Shown here piece after piece: positions 9,052 through 18,662 of a DNA stretch of 64,000 nt. The stretch comes from an uncultured Bacilli bacterium. Lineage in GTDB: Bacteria > Bacillota_I > Bacilli_A > RF39 > UBA660. Position 1 is the stretch's first letter. Every line of letters begins with the position of its first letter. The notes under the pieces were generated by a model, which did not search any database, had not been told where the DNA came from, and worked only from the letters and a program-made list of their open reading frames with translations. Both the position numbers and the translations under genes were made by a program. The stretch covers positions 38,933 through 102,932 of the forward strand of contig CAJUHO010000001.1 in the NCBI GenBank assembly GCA_910586195.1, read 5' to 3'.

Positions 9052-9774
9052 ATGAGTGGACATTCTAAATGGGCTAAGATTCATCGTGCAAAAGGAGCAG
9101 CAGATCAAGCAAGAGGTAAAGTGTTTCAGAAGCTAGCTAAAGAGCTTTATGTGGCAGCAAAACTTGGCGTACCAGATCCAGACCAAAATCCCTCTCTTCG
9201 TATGATTGTAGAAAAGGCTCGTGGGGCTAATATGCCTAAAGATAATATTCAAAAAGCAATTGATAAGGCAAAAGGCGCAGGAGACTCTGAAAACTATGAG
9301 TCTATTCGTTATGAGGGGTATGGTCCAAAAGGGATTGCAGTTATTGTAGACTGTTTAACGGATAACAAAAATAGAACAGCGGCGGAGGTGCGTAATGCGT
9401 TTACAAAACGAGGAGGAAATTTAGGCACTAGTGGTTCTGTAAGTTATATGTTTCATCGTACTGGAAATATTGAAATTCCTAAAGATTATGAAGAGGAAGA
9501 ATCTATGATGATAGCCCTTGATGCAGGGGCCGAGGACTTTGAAGTTTTAGATAATTCTTATTTAATTACAACAAAACCAGAGGATTTTATTTCTGTAAAA
9601 GATGCATTAGAGCAAAATGGAATTGTTGATTTTTTATCAAGCGAAGTTACTTTTATCCCTGATAATTATATTGAATTAGCTGATGAGGATAAAGAAAAAG
9701 TGTACAGTATGATTGAACAGCTAGAAGATTTAGATGATGTACAAGATGTTTATTGTAATTTAAAAGATGAATAG
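9052..9774 (+). CDS. yebC: YebC/PmpR family transcriptional regulator
   Basis: Canonical N-terminus MSGHSKWAKIHRAKG. Start ATG 9052 follows AAGGAGG. Confidence 0.9.
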   Translation: MSGHSKWAKIHRAKGAADQARGKVFQKLAKELYVAAKLGVPDPDQNPSLRMIVEKARGANMPKDNIQKAIDKAKGAGDSENYESIRYEGYGPKGIAVIVDCLTDNKNRTAAEVRNAFTKRGGNLGTSGSVSYMFHRTGNIEIPKDYEEEESMMIALDAGAEDFEVLDNSYLITTKPEDFISVKDALEQNGIVDFLSSEVTFIPDNYIELADEDKEKVYSMIEQLEDLDDVQDVYCNLKDE

Positions 9775-9832
9775 GATGGACTTGAACATTTTTATAAACT
9801 GTGTTATAAGTATAAATATGTGAATAAAAACA

Positions 9833-10037
9833 AGTGCGAAAGACGGGAATATAAGTTGTCTTGAAGAGAGTTTGTGGTTGGTGAAAACAAATAGATAGCT
9901 ATATTCTAGATCACTTTCAAGTGTGTTTTATGGATAAGATAAAACCGGTAACGCGTTATAGTTTAGAGAGCATAAAGTCTATGAATTAAGGTGGTACCGC
10001 GAGATTTCGTCCTTAAGAAGTAGACTTTTCTTTTTTT
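9833..10037 (+). promoter_or_regulatory. T-box leader, Ile specifier (AUC)
   Basis: AGAGAG at 9865-9870 and distal-loop GGTGAAA at 9880-9886. AUC followed by A at 9910-9913 sits on the 3' side of Stem I. T-box core AATTAAGGTGGTACCGCG at 9984-10001. Terminator AAAGTCTA...TAGACTTT (9974-10028) plus a T-run. Confidence 0.85.
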
Positions 10038-10051
10038 GAGGAGGAAGTAAA

Positions 10052-11002
10052 ATGATTGTACAAATAATACTATTAATCGTAGGATTTATTATTTTAATTA
10101 AGGGGGCAGATATTTTTGTAGATGGTGCTAGTGGAGTTGCCAAAAACTTTAAGGTATCTAAGATGCTTATCGGATTAACCATTGTTGCTTTTGGAACTTC
10201 AGCACCAGAGTTTGCAGTAAGCATTAAATCTTTGTTAAAAGGAAGTGGAGATATTGTCTTAGGAAATGTAATAGGAAGTAATATTTTAAATATTTTGTTA
10301 ATTTTGGGAATATCTGCTATGGTACATGCTTTGAGTGTAAAAAATAATACAGTAAAAAAAGAACTGCCTATTACTTTGCTTATGACTACTGTGTTTTCAG
10401 TATTATTATCGGATCATATCTTTGATTCTAAAATTACGAATGCATTTACTAGAAGCGATGGAATTATTTTGTTATTATTTTTCTTAGTGTTTATTTATTA
10501 TTTAATCTCTGTTATGCGTAAGAAGGTTGATGATGACAGTGATGGTGAAACAATGCCACTAGTAAAAGCATTCCTGTTTACTGTTGTGGGTATAATTTCT
10601 ATTATTTTAGGAAGTAATTTGGTGGTAGATTCAGCATCCTTTATTGCTACAGAAATGGGAGTAAGTGAGAGACTGATTAGTCTTACGATTATTGCTTTAG
10701 GAACTTCTTTGCCAGAATTGGTTACTTCTGTTTTAGCAACAAGAAAAGGAGAGTATGATATTGCTATTGGTAATGTTGTTGGTAGTAATATCTTTAACAT
10801 TGGAATGGTAATTGGTTTGCCTGTTACTTTGTTGGGGGGCATTTCACATTTAACATTTAATAGTATTGATTTGATTGTAATGATTATCTCGGCAATATTA
10901 TTGTTCTTATTTTCTTTTAAAGATTATAAGATTTCTAGAAAAGAAGGATTCGTTTTTTTAACATTGTTTGTTGTATATTATAGTTATGTTATTTTTAGTT
11001 AG
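10052..11002 (+). CDS. CaCA-family (YrbG-like) Ca2+/Na+ antiporter
   Basis: About 10 TM segments and two alpha-repeats, GNVIGSNILNILLILG and GNVVGSNIFNIGMVIG. RBS GAGGAGGAAG. Confidence 0.85.
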   Translation: MIVQIILLIVGFIILIKGADIFVDGASGVAKNFKVSKMLIGLTIVAFGTSAPEFAVSIKSLLKGSGDIVLGNVIGSNILNILLILGISAMVHALSVKNNTVKKELPITLLMTTVFSVLLSDHIFDSKITNAFTRSDGIILLLFFLVFIYYLISVMRKKVDDDSDGETMPLVKAFLFTVVGIISIILGSNLVVDSASFIATEMGVSERLISLTIIALGTSLPELVTSVLATRKGEYDIAIGNVVGSNIFNIGMVIGLPVTLLGGISHLTFNSIDLIVMIISAILLFLFSFKDYKISRKEGFVFLTLFVVYYSYVIFS

Positions 11003-11029
11003 AGGATAGAATGAAAGGTGATGATATTT

Positions 11030-14000
11030 ATGGAATTTGAAAAATTAGAAAAAGGGACAGTTAGTGAAGTTGAAAAAAGATATATAGATTTTTGGGAGAG
11101 AGAAAAGATATTCCAAAAATCAATAGATACAAAAGAAAAGGGAAAAAAATATGTATTTTATGATGGACCTGCTACTGCGAATGGACACCCAGGTTTGCAT
11201 CATATGTTAGCTAAATTTTTAAAAGATTCTTTTTGTAAGTATGAAACAATGAAAGGAAACCGAGTAGTTCGTAAAGTTGGTTGGGATACACATGGCTTAC
11301 CAGTTGAGCTACAGGTAGAAAAAGAGTTAGGCTTTTCTGATAAAAAGGATATTGAGTCATATGGGATAGGAGAATTTAACCAAAAATGTCGCGAAAATGT
11401 ATGGAAAAATGAGAAGTCTTTTTCTGATTTGACAAAAAAGATGGGACAATTTATTGACTTAGAACATCCTTATGTAACATATGATAATGATTATATTGAA
11501 ACAGAATGGTGGATTTTAAAGAAGTTTTTTGATGAAGGGTATTTTTATGAAGGTAGTAAAATATTACCATATTGTCCTAGATGTGGAACAGGATTAGCCT
11601 CTCATGAAGTAGCACAAGGTTATAAAGATGTTGATACTAATACTGTTATTGTTCCTATGAAGAAAAAGGGAGAAGATGTATATTTTTTAGTATGGACGAC
11701 TACCCCTTGGACTTTAATCAGCAATGTAGCATTATGTGTAAACCCTAATGAAGAATATGTTCAAGTAAAATCCTTAGGATATCAATTTATTTTAGCAAAA
11801 GCCCTTGTTTCTAGTGTATTGGGAGAAGAAGTTGAAGTAGTAAAGACATATTTGGGAAAAGATTTGGAGTATATGGAATATGAACAATTAATTCCTGAAT
11901 TAAAGGTAGATGGACGGGCATTTTTTGTAGCAGTGGATGAATATGTAACAATGGAAGATGGTACAGGAATTGTTCACCTAGCGCCAGCTTTTGGAGAGGA
12001 TGATAATAGAGTAGGTGTTAAGTATCAACTGCCTTACGTCAATCCAGTGGGCGAAGATGGAAAATATTTAGAAGGACCATGGAAGGGAATGTTCGTATTT
12101 GACGCTGACCTTGAAATTATTAAATATTTGAAAGAGAATAATAAATTGTTTAAAAAGCAAAAAATAAAACATAATTATCCTCATTGTTGGCGTTGTTCCA
12201 CACCACTAATTTATTATTCTAAGCCATCATTTTATCTTGCCATTACAAAATTTCAAGATAAAATTATTGCAGCCAATAAAAAGGTATGTTGGCATCCATC
12301 TTATGTTGGTGAGAAAAGGTTTGGAAATTGGTTGGAAAATTTAAAAGATTGGGCAATTTCTAGAAATCGTTATTGGGGAACTCCTCTTCCTTTATGGAGA
12401 TGTAGCTGTGGGAAAGATATTATGATAGGATCTCGTAAACAGCTTGTAGAGATGGCTAGTGAAAAAATAGATGAGTCTATAGAACTTCATCGTCCTTTTG
12501 TAGATGATATTCATATAACTTGTCCTGATTGTGGTCAGGTTATGCATAGGGTTTCAGATGTTATTGATTGCTGGTTTGATTCTGGTTCTATGCCTTTTGC
12601 ACAATACCATTATCCTTTTGAAAATGAGAATATTTTTGAGGATCAGTTTCCAGCAGATTTTATTTGTGAGGGCATTGATCAAACTCGCGGATGGTTTTAT
12701 ACACTATTAGTAATTTCTACTTTTTTGAAGGGATGTGCCCCATATAGAAATGTTTTAGTAAATGATTTGGTACAGGATGCCGAGGGAAAGAAGATGAGCA
12801 AATCAAAAGGAAACATTGTAGAACCATTTACGACTATGGAAAAATATGGTGCCGATACTGTCCGCTTTTATTTGGCATATGTCTCTCCTGTCTGGACACC
12901 TTTGAAATTTGACGAAGAGGGCTTGAAGGAAATCTATTCTAAATATTTCTCTACCTTTAAAAACACTTATGCTTTCTTTTCGATGTATGCGAATGCAGAT
13001 CATATTGATCCAAGGGAATATGATATTCCTATTAGTAAACGGGAATTTAGTGATCGATTTATCCTATCTAAATTGAATCGTTTAATTAAAGATGTAACAA
13101 ATGATTATGAGGAGTATGATTTAAATAAAGTAGCACGTGCCATTGTACCATTTTTAAATGATGACTTATCTAATTGGTATATTCGTAGCAACCGAAGAAG
13201 ATTTTGGTCTGCTCAGTTGGATGAATCTAAAAAGGCTGTTTATTTGACTCTTTATGAGGTGTTAGTTACATTATCAAAACTAGTAGCGCCAATTACGCCA
13301 TTTATTGCAGAAGAAGTTTATCAAAAATTAACAAATGAAGAATCTGTTCATTTAACAAGTTATCCAACAGTAGATGAGTCATTGATAAATGATGATGTAG
13401 AAGCTTGTATGAATTTGGTACGAGATATTTGTTCGCTAGGCCGTTTTGCTAGAGAAGAGGCGGGAATTAAAGTTCGTCAGCCAATTAGTAAACTAATTTT
13501 GTCAGAAGATGATAAAGATAAGATAGAAAAACTACTTCCAATTATTCAAGAGGAATTAAATGTAAAAGAAATTGTTTTTCAAGAGGATATGAGTAAATAT
13601 TTAGATTACATTGTTAAGCCAAACTTTAAGGTTTTAGGTAAAAAGTTAGGTTCTGATATTAAAGAGTTACAATTGAAACTACAAAATCTTGAAAAAGAGG
13701 AAATAACATCTCTTCAAAAAGGCTCTCTTACTATAACAGTAGCAGGAAATGAATTAATATTGGACTCATCTTCTGTAATTATTACATTAAAACAAAAAGA
13801 GGGATATGCTTCTAGTAGTAACGAGAAAACTTGCGTAGTTTTAGATACTACTTTAACAGAAGAGCTGATTTTGGAAGGTTTGGCTCGCGAATTTGTTCGT
13901 AATGTTCAAGCATTGAGAAAAGAGGCAGATTTTGAAATTACAGATCATATTGCCGTTTATTATGATGGAGACTCTGAATTAGATCAAATGTTAGAAGTAT

Positions 14001-14119
14001 ACAAAGAATATGTTATGAGGGAAACAATTGCAGAGGAAATCATAAGAAAAGAGCTAAATATAGAAGAAGTAGCGCTTAATGATATTAACGGAAAAATTCA
14101 AGTAGAGAGAAGAAAATAA
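11030..14119 (+). CDS. ileS: isoleucine--tRNA ligase (long, type-2-like form)
   Basis: HIGH-type motif (ANGHPGLHH), KMSKS (KKMSKSKGN) and a CP1 editing insertion. About 1030 aa. Start ATG 11030 lies 9 nt after AAAGGTGA. Confidence 0.97.
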   Translation: MEFEKLEKGTVSEVEKRYIDFWEREKIFQKSIDTKEKGKKYVFYDGPATANGHPGLHHMLAKFLKDSFCKYETMKGNRVVRKVGWDTHGLPVELQVEKELGFSDKKDIESYGIGEFNQKCRENVWKNEKSFSDLTKKMGQFIDLEHPYVTYDNDYIETEWWILKKFFDEGYFYEGSKILPYCPRCGTGLASHEVAQGYKDVDTNTVIVPMKKKGEDVYFLVWTTTPWTLISNVALCVNPNEEYVQVKSLGYQFILAKALVSSVLGEEVEVVKTYLGKDLEYMEYEQLIPELKVDGRAFFVAVDEYVTMEDGTGIVHLAPAFGEDDNRVGVKYQLPYVNPVGEDGKYLEGPWKGMFVFDADLEIIKYLKENNKLFKKQKIKHNYPHCWRCSTPLIYYSKPSFYLAITKFQDKIIAANKKVCWHPSYVGEKRFGNWLENLKDWAISRNRYWGTPLPLWRCSCGKDIMIGSRKQLVEMASEKIDESIELHRPFVDDIHITCPDCGQVMHRVSDVIDCWFDSGSMPFAQYHYPFENENIFEDQFPADFICEGIDQTRGWFYTLLVISTFLKGCAPYRNVLVNDLVQDAEGKKMSKSKGNIVEPFTTMEKYGADTVRFYLAYVSPVWTPLKFDEEGLKEIYSKYFSTFKNTYAFFSMYANADHIDPREYDIPISKREFSDRFILSKLNRLIKDVTNDYEEYDLNKVARAIVPFLNDDLSNWYIRSNRRRFWSAQLDESKKAVYLTLYEVLVTLSKLVAPITPFIAEEVYQKLTNEESVHLTSYPTVDESLINDDVEACMNLVRDICSLGRFAREEAGIKVRQPISKLILSEDDKDKIEKLLPIIQEELNVKEIVFQEDMSKYLDYIVKPNFKVLGKKLGSDIKELQLKLQNLEKEEITSLQKGSLTITVAGNELILDSSSVIITLKQKEGYASSSNEKTCVVLDTTLTEELILEGLAREFVRNVQALRKEADFEITDHIAVYYDGDSELDQMLEVYKEYVMRETIAEEIIRKELNIEEVALNDINGKIQVERRK

Positions 14120-14140
14120 GAATTCATTCTCTCTTTTTTT
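14105..14140 (+). terminator. intrinsic terminator after ileS
   Basis: Stem GAGAGAAGAA / TTCATTCTCTC overlapping the stop codon, followed by TTTTTTT. Confidence 0.6.
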
Positions 14141-14221
14141 GTTGGGGATTGATAAAATTTACTTTTCAAAACTTTTTAAATATAGTAGAATAGTAAATGG
14201 ATAGTAGGATAGGGTGATAGT

Positions 14222-16015
14222 ATGCTTATAGATGTTGATTTAGATGTTTTAAATTTTATTTTAAATCCTAATTATGATGATATAAAGAGGCAGTTAGAAT
14301 ATATAAAAAAAGCTTATATAGCGGAATATGGAATACAAAATCGTAGAAAAATAGAAAAAAATTTTGGAAAGATTAATTATTTGTTTCTATCAGAGAAAAA
14401 AGATATGAAAAAGTTTATTGCAGATTTTGAAGAAACTATGGTAGTACAATTATATAAAAAATTATTATCGTCTTTTGGATATCAATATCCTATATATATC
14501 GACGAGAAGAAAAATTTGAATTTTATTGAAAAAATTTTCGTAAATCATAATGTTTTGTTTTTTGAAAATGATAGAGATTTGGTGTTTTTTAAAGGACCTA
14601 TTAAAAGTCAATTAATATCATTTATAGAGGATTGTCACGACAAAGAGAGAAAGACTTTTTTGAAAAAACAACTTAATTTCATTAAAACTGTTGAAAGAAA
14701 ACATAATGCTATTCAAAAATTATTACAAGAAAAGAAGCAAGAAATTAGAAAAAGTGATCAACAAGAACAACACGAACATGACTCTATAGTAAAATCATTT
14801 ATTATAAATCATCCTATTTTTTTAACAGCTTCAGAGTTTAATTATATTAATCAATATCCTGATTATGATATAGCGTCTTTTTTACAAAAATCAAAATATT
14901 ATAAGCATTTGGTTTCTGTCTCTGATGAGGGAATTAATATGGGAGATATTAAATATTTTAAACCAGATTATGACGAGGACGTTTATGCTCTTTTTGCTCG
15001 TAAGAATATTTTAGTGGATTTTGGTATTGATTCTACAAAATTAAATGTTGATATTCAAGATGGGGCGTCTCTTCTAGAAAAAATCAGATTTCCTCGTAAT
15101 GCTAGTATGTCAGAGTTTTTTAAAGGTAGGCAGGCCCTTGATATCTTAGAAGATGAGATAAATTCTTATAATGATAAATATCAAAGCGTTGAAGATAATT
15201 ATCGTTACATTATTGGAAAGGAAGAATTTATTAATCAATATCTGTTGAGTGATGCTGTTGCGAATCGTACTTGTAATAAAGATATAAAAGATTTATTAAC
15301 GTTTACATCTCTAGATAAACAAAAAAGGGAAGGTATTTATAAATTTGTAAATAATTCTTTTCAAAATACTTCTTGTACAGGAGTTTGTGCTACATATCTT
15401 CTAGATATGGATAAGCATCACAATTATATTGGAATTGAGTATATGGCATTAAATGTACTATCTTGCATAAGAGTAAACCCTAATCATAAATTGAATTCTA
15501 CTATGGACTATGTGTTATCTCATGAGGGTGGACATATTGCAACTATGTCAGATGAATATAGTGCTATTTCGGGGTTTGATCTTGAAAAAAAATATACAAA
15601 TTTAAATGAGTTATACAACCAATATAAAAATAAAAAGGTCAGGGAAAGATTGGCTGGTTATAGTGATAGTGTCTTAATAGCAGATAGTACAGCAGTAGAG
15701 AATATAGATTTATCTGTTCATAGCACAAATTATTTTTTGCTAGAGCCATTTATTCCTAAATATGAATCTGTATTTGAAGAGGCTTCTGTCAATAACAATC
15801 CTGGTGTTTTAAAAGAGTCTTTGGGAGATGAAAATTTAGAACAGTTTCTTCTTGTTGTAAATGATTTCTATCATCAACAAGAAGAAATGCTGAAACTTGG
15901 AAAATATATTTTTATTGAGAATTTTGATTATGTCCAAGACGTGAAACAGCAAGTACAAAATATAGTAGAACAGGTCGAATTAAGACATAGTAGTACTTCA
16001 AATAAAAAGAAATAG
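14222..16015 (+). CDS. hypothetical protein with a lone HExxH motif
   Basis: 597-aa ORF with RBS GGATAGGGTGA. The only recognisable motif is VLSHEGGHIATM, about 150 aa from the C-terminus. No TM segment or signal peptide. Confidence 0.55.
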   Translation: MLIDVDLDVLNFILNPNYDDIKRQLEYIKKAYIAEYGIQNRRKIEKNFGKINYLFLSEKKDMKKFIADFEETMVVQLYKKLLSSFGYQYPIYIDEKKNLNFIEKIFVNHNVLFFENDRDLVFFKGPIKSQLISFIEDCHDKERKTFLKKQLNFIKTVERKHNAIQKLLQEKKQEIRKSDQQEQHEHDSIVKSFIINHPIFLTASEFNYINQYPDYDIASFLQKSKYYKHLVSVSDEGINMGDIKYFKPDYDEDVYALFARKNILVDFGIDSTKLNVDIQDGASLLEKIRFPRNASMSEFFKGRQALDILEDEINSYNDKYQSVEDNYRYIIGKEEFINQYLLSDAVANRTCNKDIKDLLTFTSLDKQKREGIYKFVNNSFQNTSCTGVCATYLLDMDKHHNYIGIEYMALNVLSCIRVNPNHKLNSTMDYVLSHEGGHIATMSDEYSAISGFDLEKKYTNLNELYNQYKNKKVRERLAGYSDSVLIADSTAVENIDLSVHSTNYFLLEPFIPKYESVFEEASVNNNPGVLKESLGDENLEQFLLVVNDFYHQQEEMLKLGKYIFIENFDYVQDVKQQVQNIVEQVELRHSSTSNKKK

Positions 16016-16183
16016 GAGAAAAGTAAGTCGGGTTTACTCCTGTTTTTTTATGCTATTGTTATTATTTATAAATATAAAGGTATGAATGGAATATCTTTCT
16101 TCTTGCTAATGGAATATAATCAATGGTACAATGTTGTTATCAATATTAAGTTTGCAAGTTCAAATAGGAAAGGTAGTAGTCTC

Positions 16184-17329
16184 ATGCATTGTATAGTAAG
16201 TATTATTTATGGTTTTATTATCGCTTTTTTAATCCTTTTAAGTTTGATATATAAAATCAAAACAAAAGTTATCCATATGATAAATAAACAAAAAGGTGTT
16301 TTGTATAAGAATGCGATTTTAGAAGAGATGAGACATTTAAAAAAAGGCAAACCTTCCTCAACTGAACATATTATTTATTTACAAAAAGAATTAAAAAAGG
16401 TGAGAAACCTACTTATTTTTGAAGATGTATTATCGCAGTTAGAGCAGGAGGATTGTCCTTTGTTAGAAGAGTATTGCATTAGCATTTCTATTGCTTTTCA
16501 ATATTTGGCAGATTACTTTCGTACAAAGAAATCACTTGATAAGGCCCATTTTACCTATGTCTTATCATTGTTTCCTAAGATATTACAGAATGATGATGAT
16601 ACTATTAGTTATGCCATGATGCATTTTGTTTTAGATAAGTCAATTTATTGTAGACAGTATGCAATGCTTTTTTTCTACCGAAGAGGGTCTGAAAAATTAG
16701 TAGTAAATTCTTTAAAGAAAATTAGTAAACGTAATCTATATTATAGTCCTAGATTATTGGTAGATGATTTATTACTTTTTAATGGGAACCATAAAACATT
16801 AGTGGCACTTTTACTACAACAATTCGATCTTTTTTCTCCTAATTTTCAAGTGGCGATTATTAATTATGCAAGATTTAGTAAAGAAAATCGAGTAGAAGAA
16901 ATTTATCAGAAATTTCATAGTAAGAAATATGATAAAGAAGTAGATTTAACGATTATTAGGTATTTTGCTTGCTATTGCTATGAACCGATGGGAGAGAAAC
17001 TCTTGCAAATTTTATACAATAAAGATGACTATAACTATGAGTATCGCCTAGTAGCTGCTTATGCTTTGGCATCATATGATACGAAAAAGGCAAGATTGGC
17101 TTTAATAGATTGTTTATCAGATTATAATTGGTATGTACGAAAAAATGCAGCAATTTCATTATCGAGAATGACTTTGGGGTTAGATGAGATTCGTATTATG
17201 AATGCTATTACCGATCCTTATGCTAATCAGATGCTTGACTATGTTTGGCAAAGCTCTGGCAAATCGTTTGAGAAATTCATAAATGCCACAGTATCCGCTA
17301 AACCAGCAAAAGAGAAGGTAGGTGTTTGA
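16184..17329 (+). CDS. HEAT-repeat (PBS-lyase-like) protein with an N-terminal TM anchor
   Basis: Start at ATG 16184 (MHCIVSIIYGFIIAFLILL is the TM segment). C-terminal HEAT-like repeats YEYRLVAAYALASY and DYNWYVRKNAAISLSRM. Confidence 0.6.
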   Translation: MHCIVSIIYGFIIAFLILLSLIYKIKTKVIHMINKQKGVLYKNAILEEMRHLKKGKPSSTEHIIYLQKELKKVRNLLIFEDVLSQLEQEDCPLLEEYCISISIAFQYLADYFRTKKSLDKAHFTYVLSLFPKILQNDDDTISYAMMHFVLDKSIYCRQYAMLFFYRRGSEKLVVNSLKKISKRNLYYSPRLLVDDLLLFNGNHKTLVALLLQQFDLFSPNFQVAIINYARFSKENRVEEIYQKFHSKKYDKEVDLTIIRYFACYCYEPMGEKLLQILYNKDDYNYEYRLVAAYALASYDTKKARLALIDCLSDYNWYVRKNAAISLSRMTLGLDEIRIMNAITDPYANQMLDYVWQSSGKSFEKFINATVSAKPAKEKVGV

Positions 17330-17330
17330 G

Positions 17331-18656
17331 ATGGATCTTTTTAGAACAGGCCTTATAGTGATGAGTTATTTATTCCTTCTATTTTTGATAATATATTCTA
17401 TATATTTGTTTTTTACTATTTTAATCGGTTTTATAGGGCTTTATAGAAAATCCTCTTATAGAAGGCTCAACAGTCGTTTGAACAGTGATTATGATATTCC
17501 TATTTCTATTTTAATTACAACACATAATCATGAAAAAGTAATAGTGAATACGATAGATAATCTTTTGAAATTAAAATATAAGGCTTATGAAATTATTATA
17601 GTAGATGACGGTTCTTCTGATAAAACTACGGATTTATTGGTGAGACATTTACGAATGAAAAAAATAAATCGTCCTATTCGTAAACAATTACAAATAAAAG
17701 ATATAAAAGAAGTCTACGAGGGGAATCATGATTTTGTTAAAATTACACTGGTAAAGAAAGAGTTTTGCGGTCGAATAGAATCCTTAAATACAGCCATTGA
17801 TATTGCGACTTATCCTTATATTACCTGTATAGATGCTACGACTACTTTGGCCCAGGATGCTCTCGTTAATATTGTTCGTCCTATTTTGGAAGATGAGGAG
17901 ATGCTTGTTTGTAGTGGAAGTGTACGTGTTAGTAATAAAAATGAGAAAACAAAGTCTTATTTTCTACCACGAGGGGTTCTTTCTAGTATGCAGGCACTAG
18001 AGTATAATCGGTACTTTTTAGCAGAACGACGCATGAATACTGCTCCTGTTGTTAAAACATTTAATCTATTTAAAAAGGATGTTGTGATTGCTATTGGTGG
18101 ATTTGATTTAAATTCATTTGGAGAGGATTATGAGTTAATTCTAAAATTAAAGGCCTATTCCAAAAAACAAGGGATTTCCTATGTATCACAATATGTTCCA
18201 GAAGTTGTCTGTTTTGTTGAAGTGCCAAATACAGTTATGAAGTTTCTTCATCAAAAAAGCAATCAAAATAGAGTAGTTGTCCACAGCAATCTTAAAAACA
18301 AAAAGTCAGTGTGGGATATATTATATGCCCCTCTTTCTGGTTGGGTAGGTCCTATCTTAGAGCTTTTAGGAATACTTGCGATTATTCTCGCTTGTTATCT
18401 ACACTTAATAGATGTAAGTGGTACTATAATATTTTTAATAAGTTATACTATATTTGGAGCATTTTTAACGTTTTATATATTTACAGCAAGATTTGCGATA
18501 GAACTCGAAACGTTATCGTTCTTTCGTAAAATAAGTATTTTTTCAACAGCAGTATTAGAGATGACAATTTTAAAATTATTAACATTAATAGCAAAAATTT
18601 TCTCGCTTCTACCTAAAAAGAGTGAGATTAGACCTATAGAAAAGAAGGGTAATTGA
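17331..18656 (+). CDS. family 2 glycosyltransferase, polytopic synthase-type
   Basis: N-terminal TM segment, then the GT2 core (IIIVDDGSSDKT, CIDATT, FGEDYEL) and 3-4 C-terminal TM segments. The start lies 2 nt after the upstream stop, with AGGTAGGTG as RBS. Confidence 0.8.
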   Translation: MDLFRTGLIVMSYLFLLFLIIYSIYLFFTILIGFIGLYRKSSYRRLNSRLNSDYDIPISILITTHNHEKVIVNTIDNLLKLKYKAYEIIIVDDGSSDKTTDLLVRHLRMKKINRPIRKQLQIKDIKEVYEGNHDFVKITLVKKEFCGRIESLNTAIDIATYPYITCIDATTTLAQDALVNIVRPILEDEEMLVCSGSVRVSNKNEKTKSYFLPRGVLSSMQALEYNRYFLAERRMNTAPVVKTFNLFKKDVVIAIGGFDLNSFGEDYELILKLKAYSKKQGISYVSQYVPEVVCFVEVPNTVMKFLHQKSNQNRVVVHSNLKNKKSVWDILYAPLSGWVGPILELLGILAIILACYLHLIDVSGTIIFLISYTIFGAFLTFYIFTARFAIELETLSFFRKISIFSTAVLEMTILKLLTLIAKIFSLLPKKSEIRPIEKKGN

Positions 18657-18662
18657 GCCCTT

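Noticed and set aside
10498-10842. 114-aa minus-strand ORF inside the antiporter gene (also 9979..10224)
   Set aside because: It is antisense to a gene with clear CaCA alpha-repeat motifs. The 9979 ORF also runs through the T-box terminator.
16082-16183. N-terminal extension of the HEAT-repeat ORF (likewise 42015-42086, 9007-9051 and 19578-19676 for their genes)
   Set aside because: Internal ATGs with good RBSs give sensible N-termini (a TM segment, an HTH, the YebC signature). The 19578-19676 extension would overlap rpsT.
18311-18529. 72-aa + strand ORF inside the GT2 gene (also 35310..35597 in dnaJ, 44380..44568, 27718..27903 and 63564..63746)
   Set aside because: These are alternative-frame ORFs nested in better-supported genes, with no RBS and no motifs.
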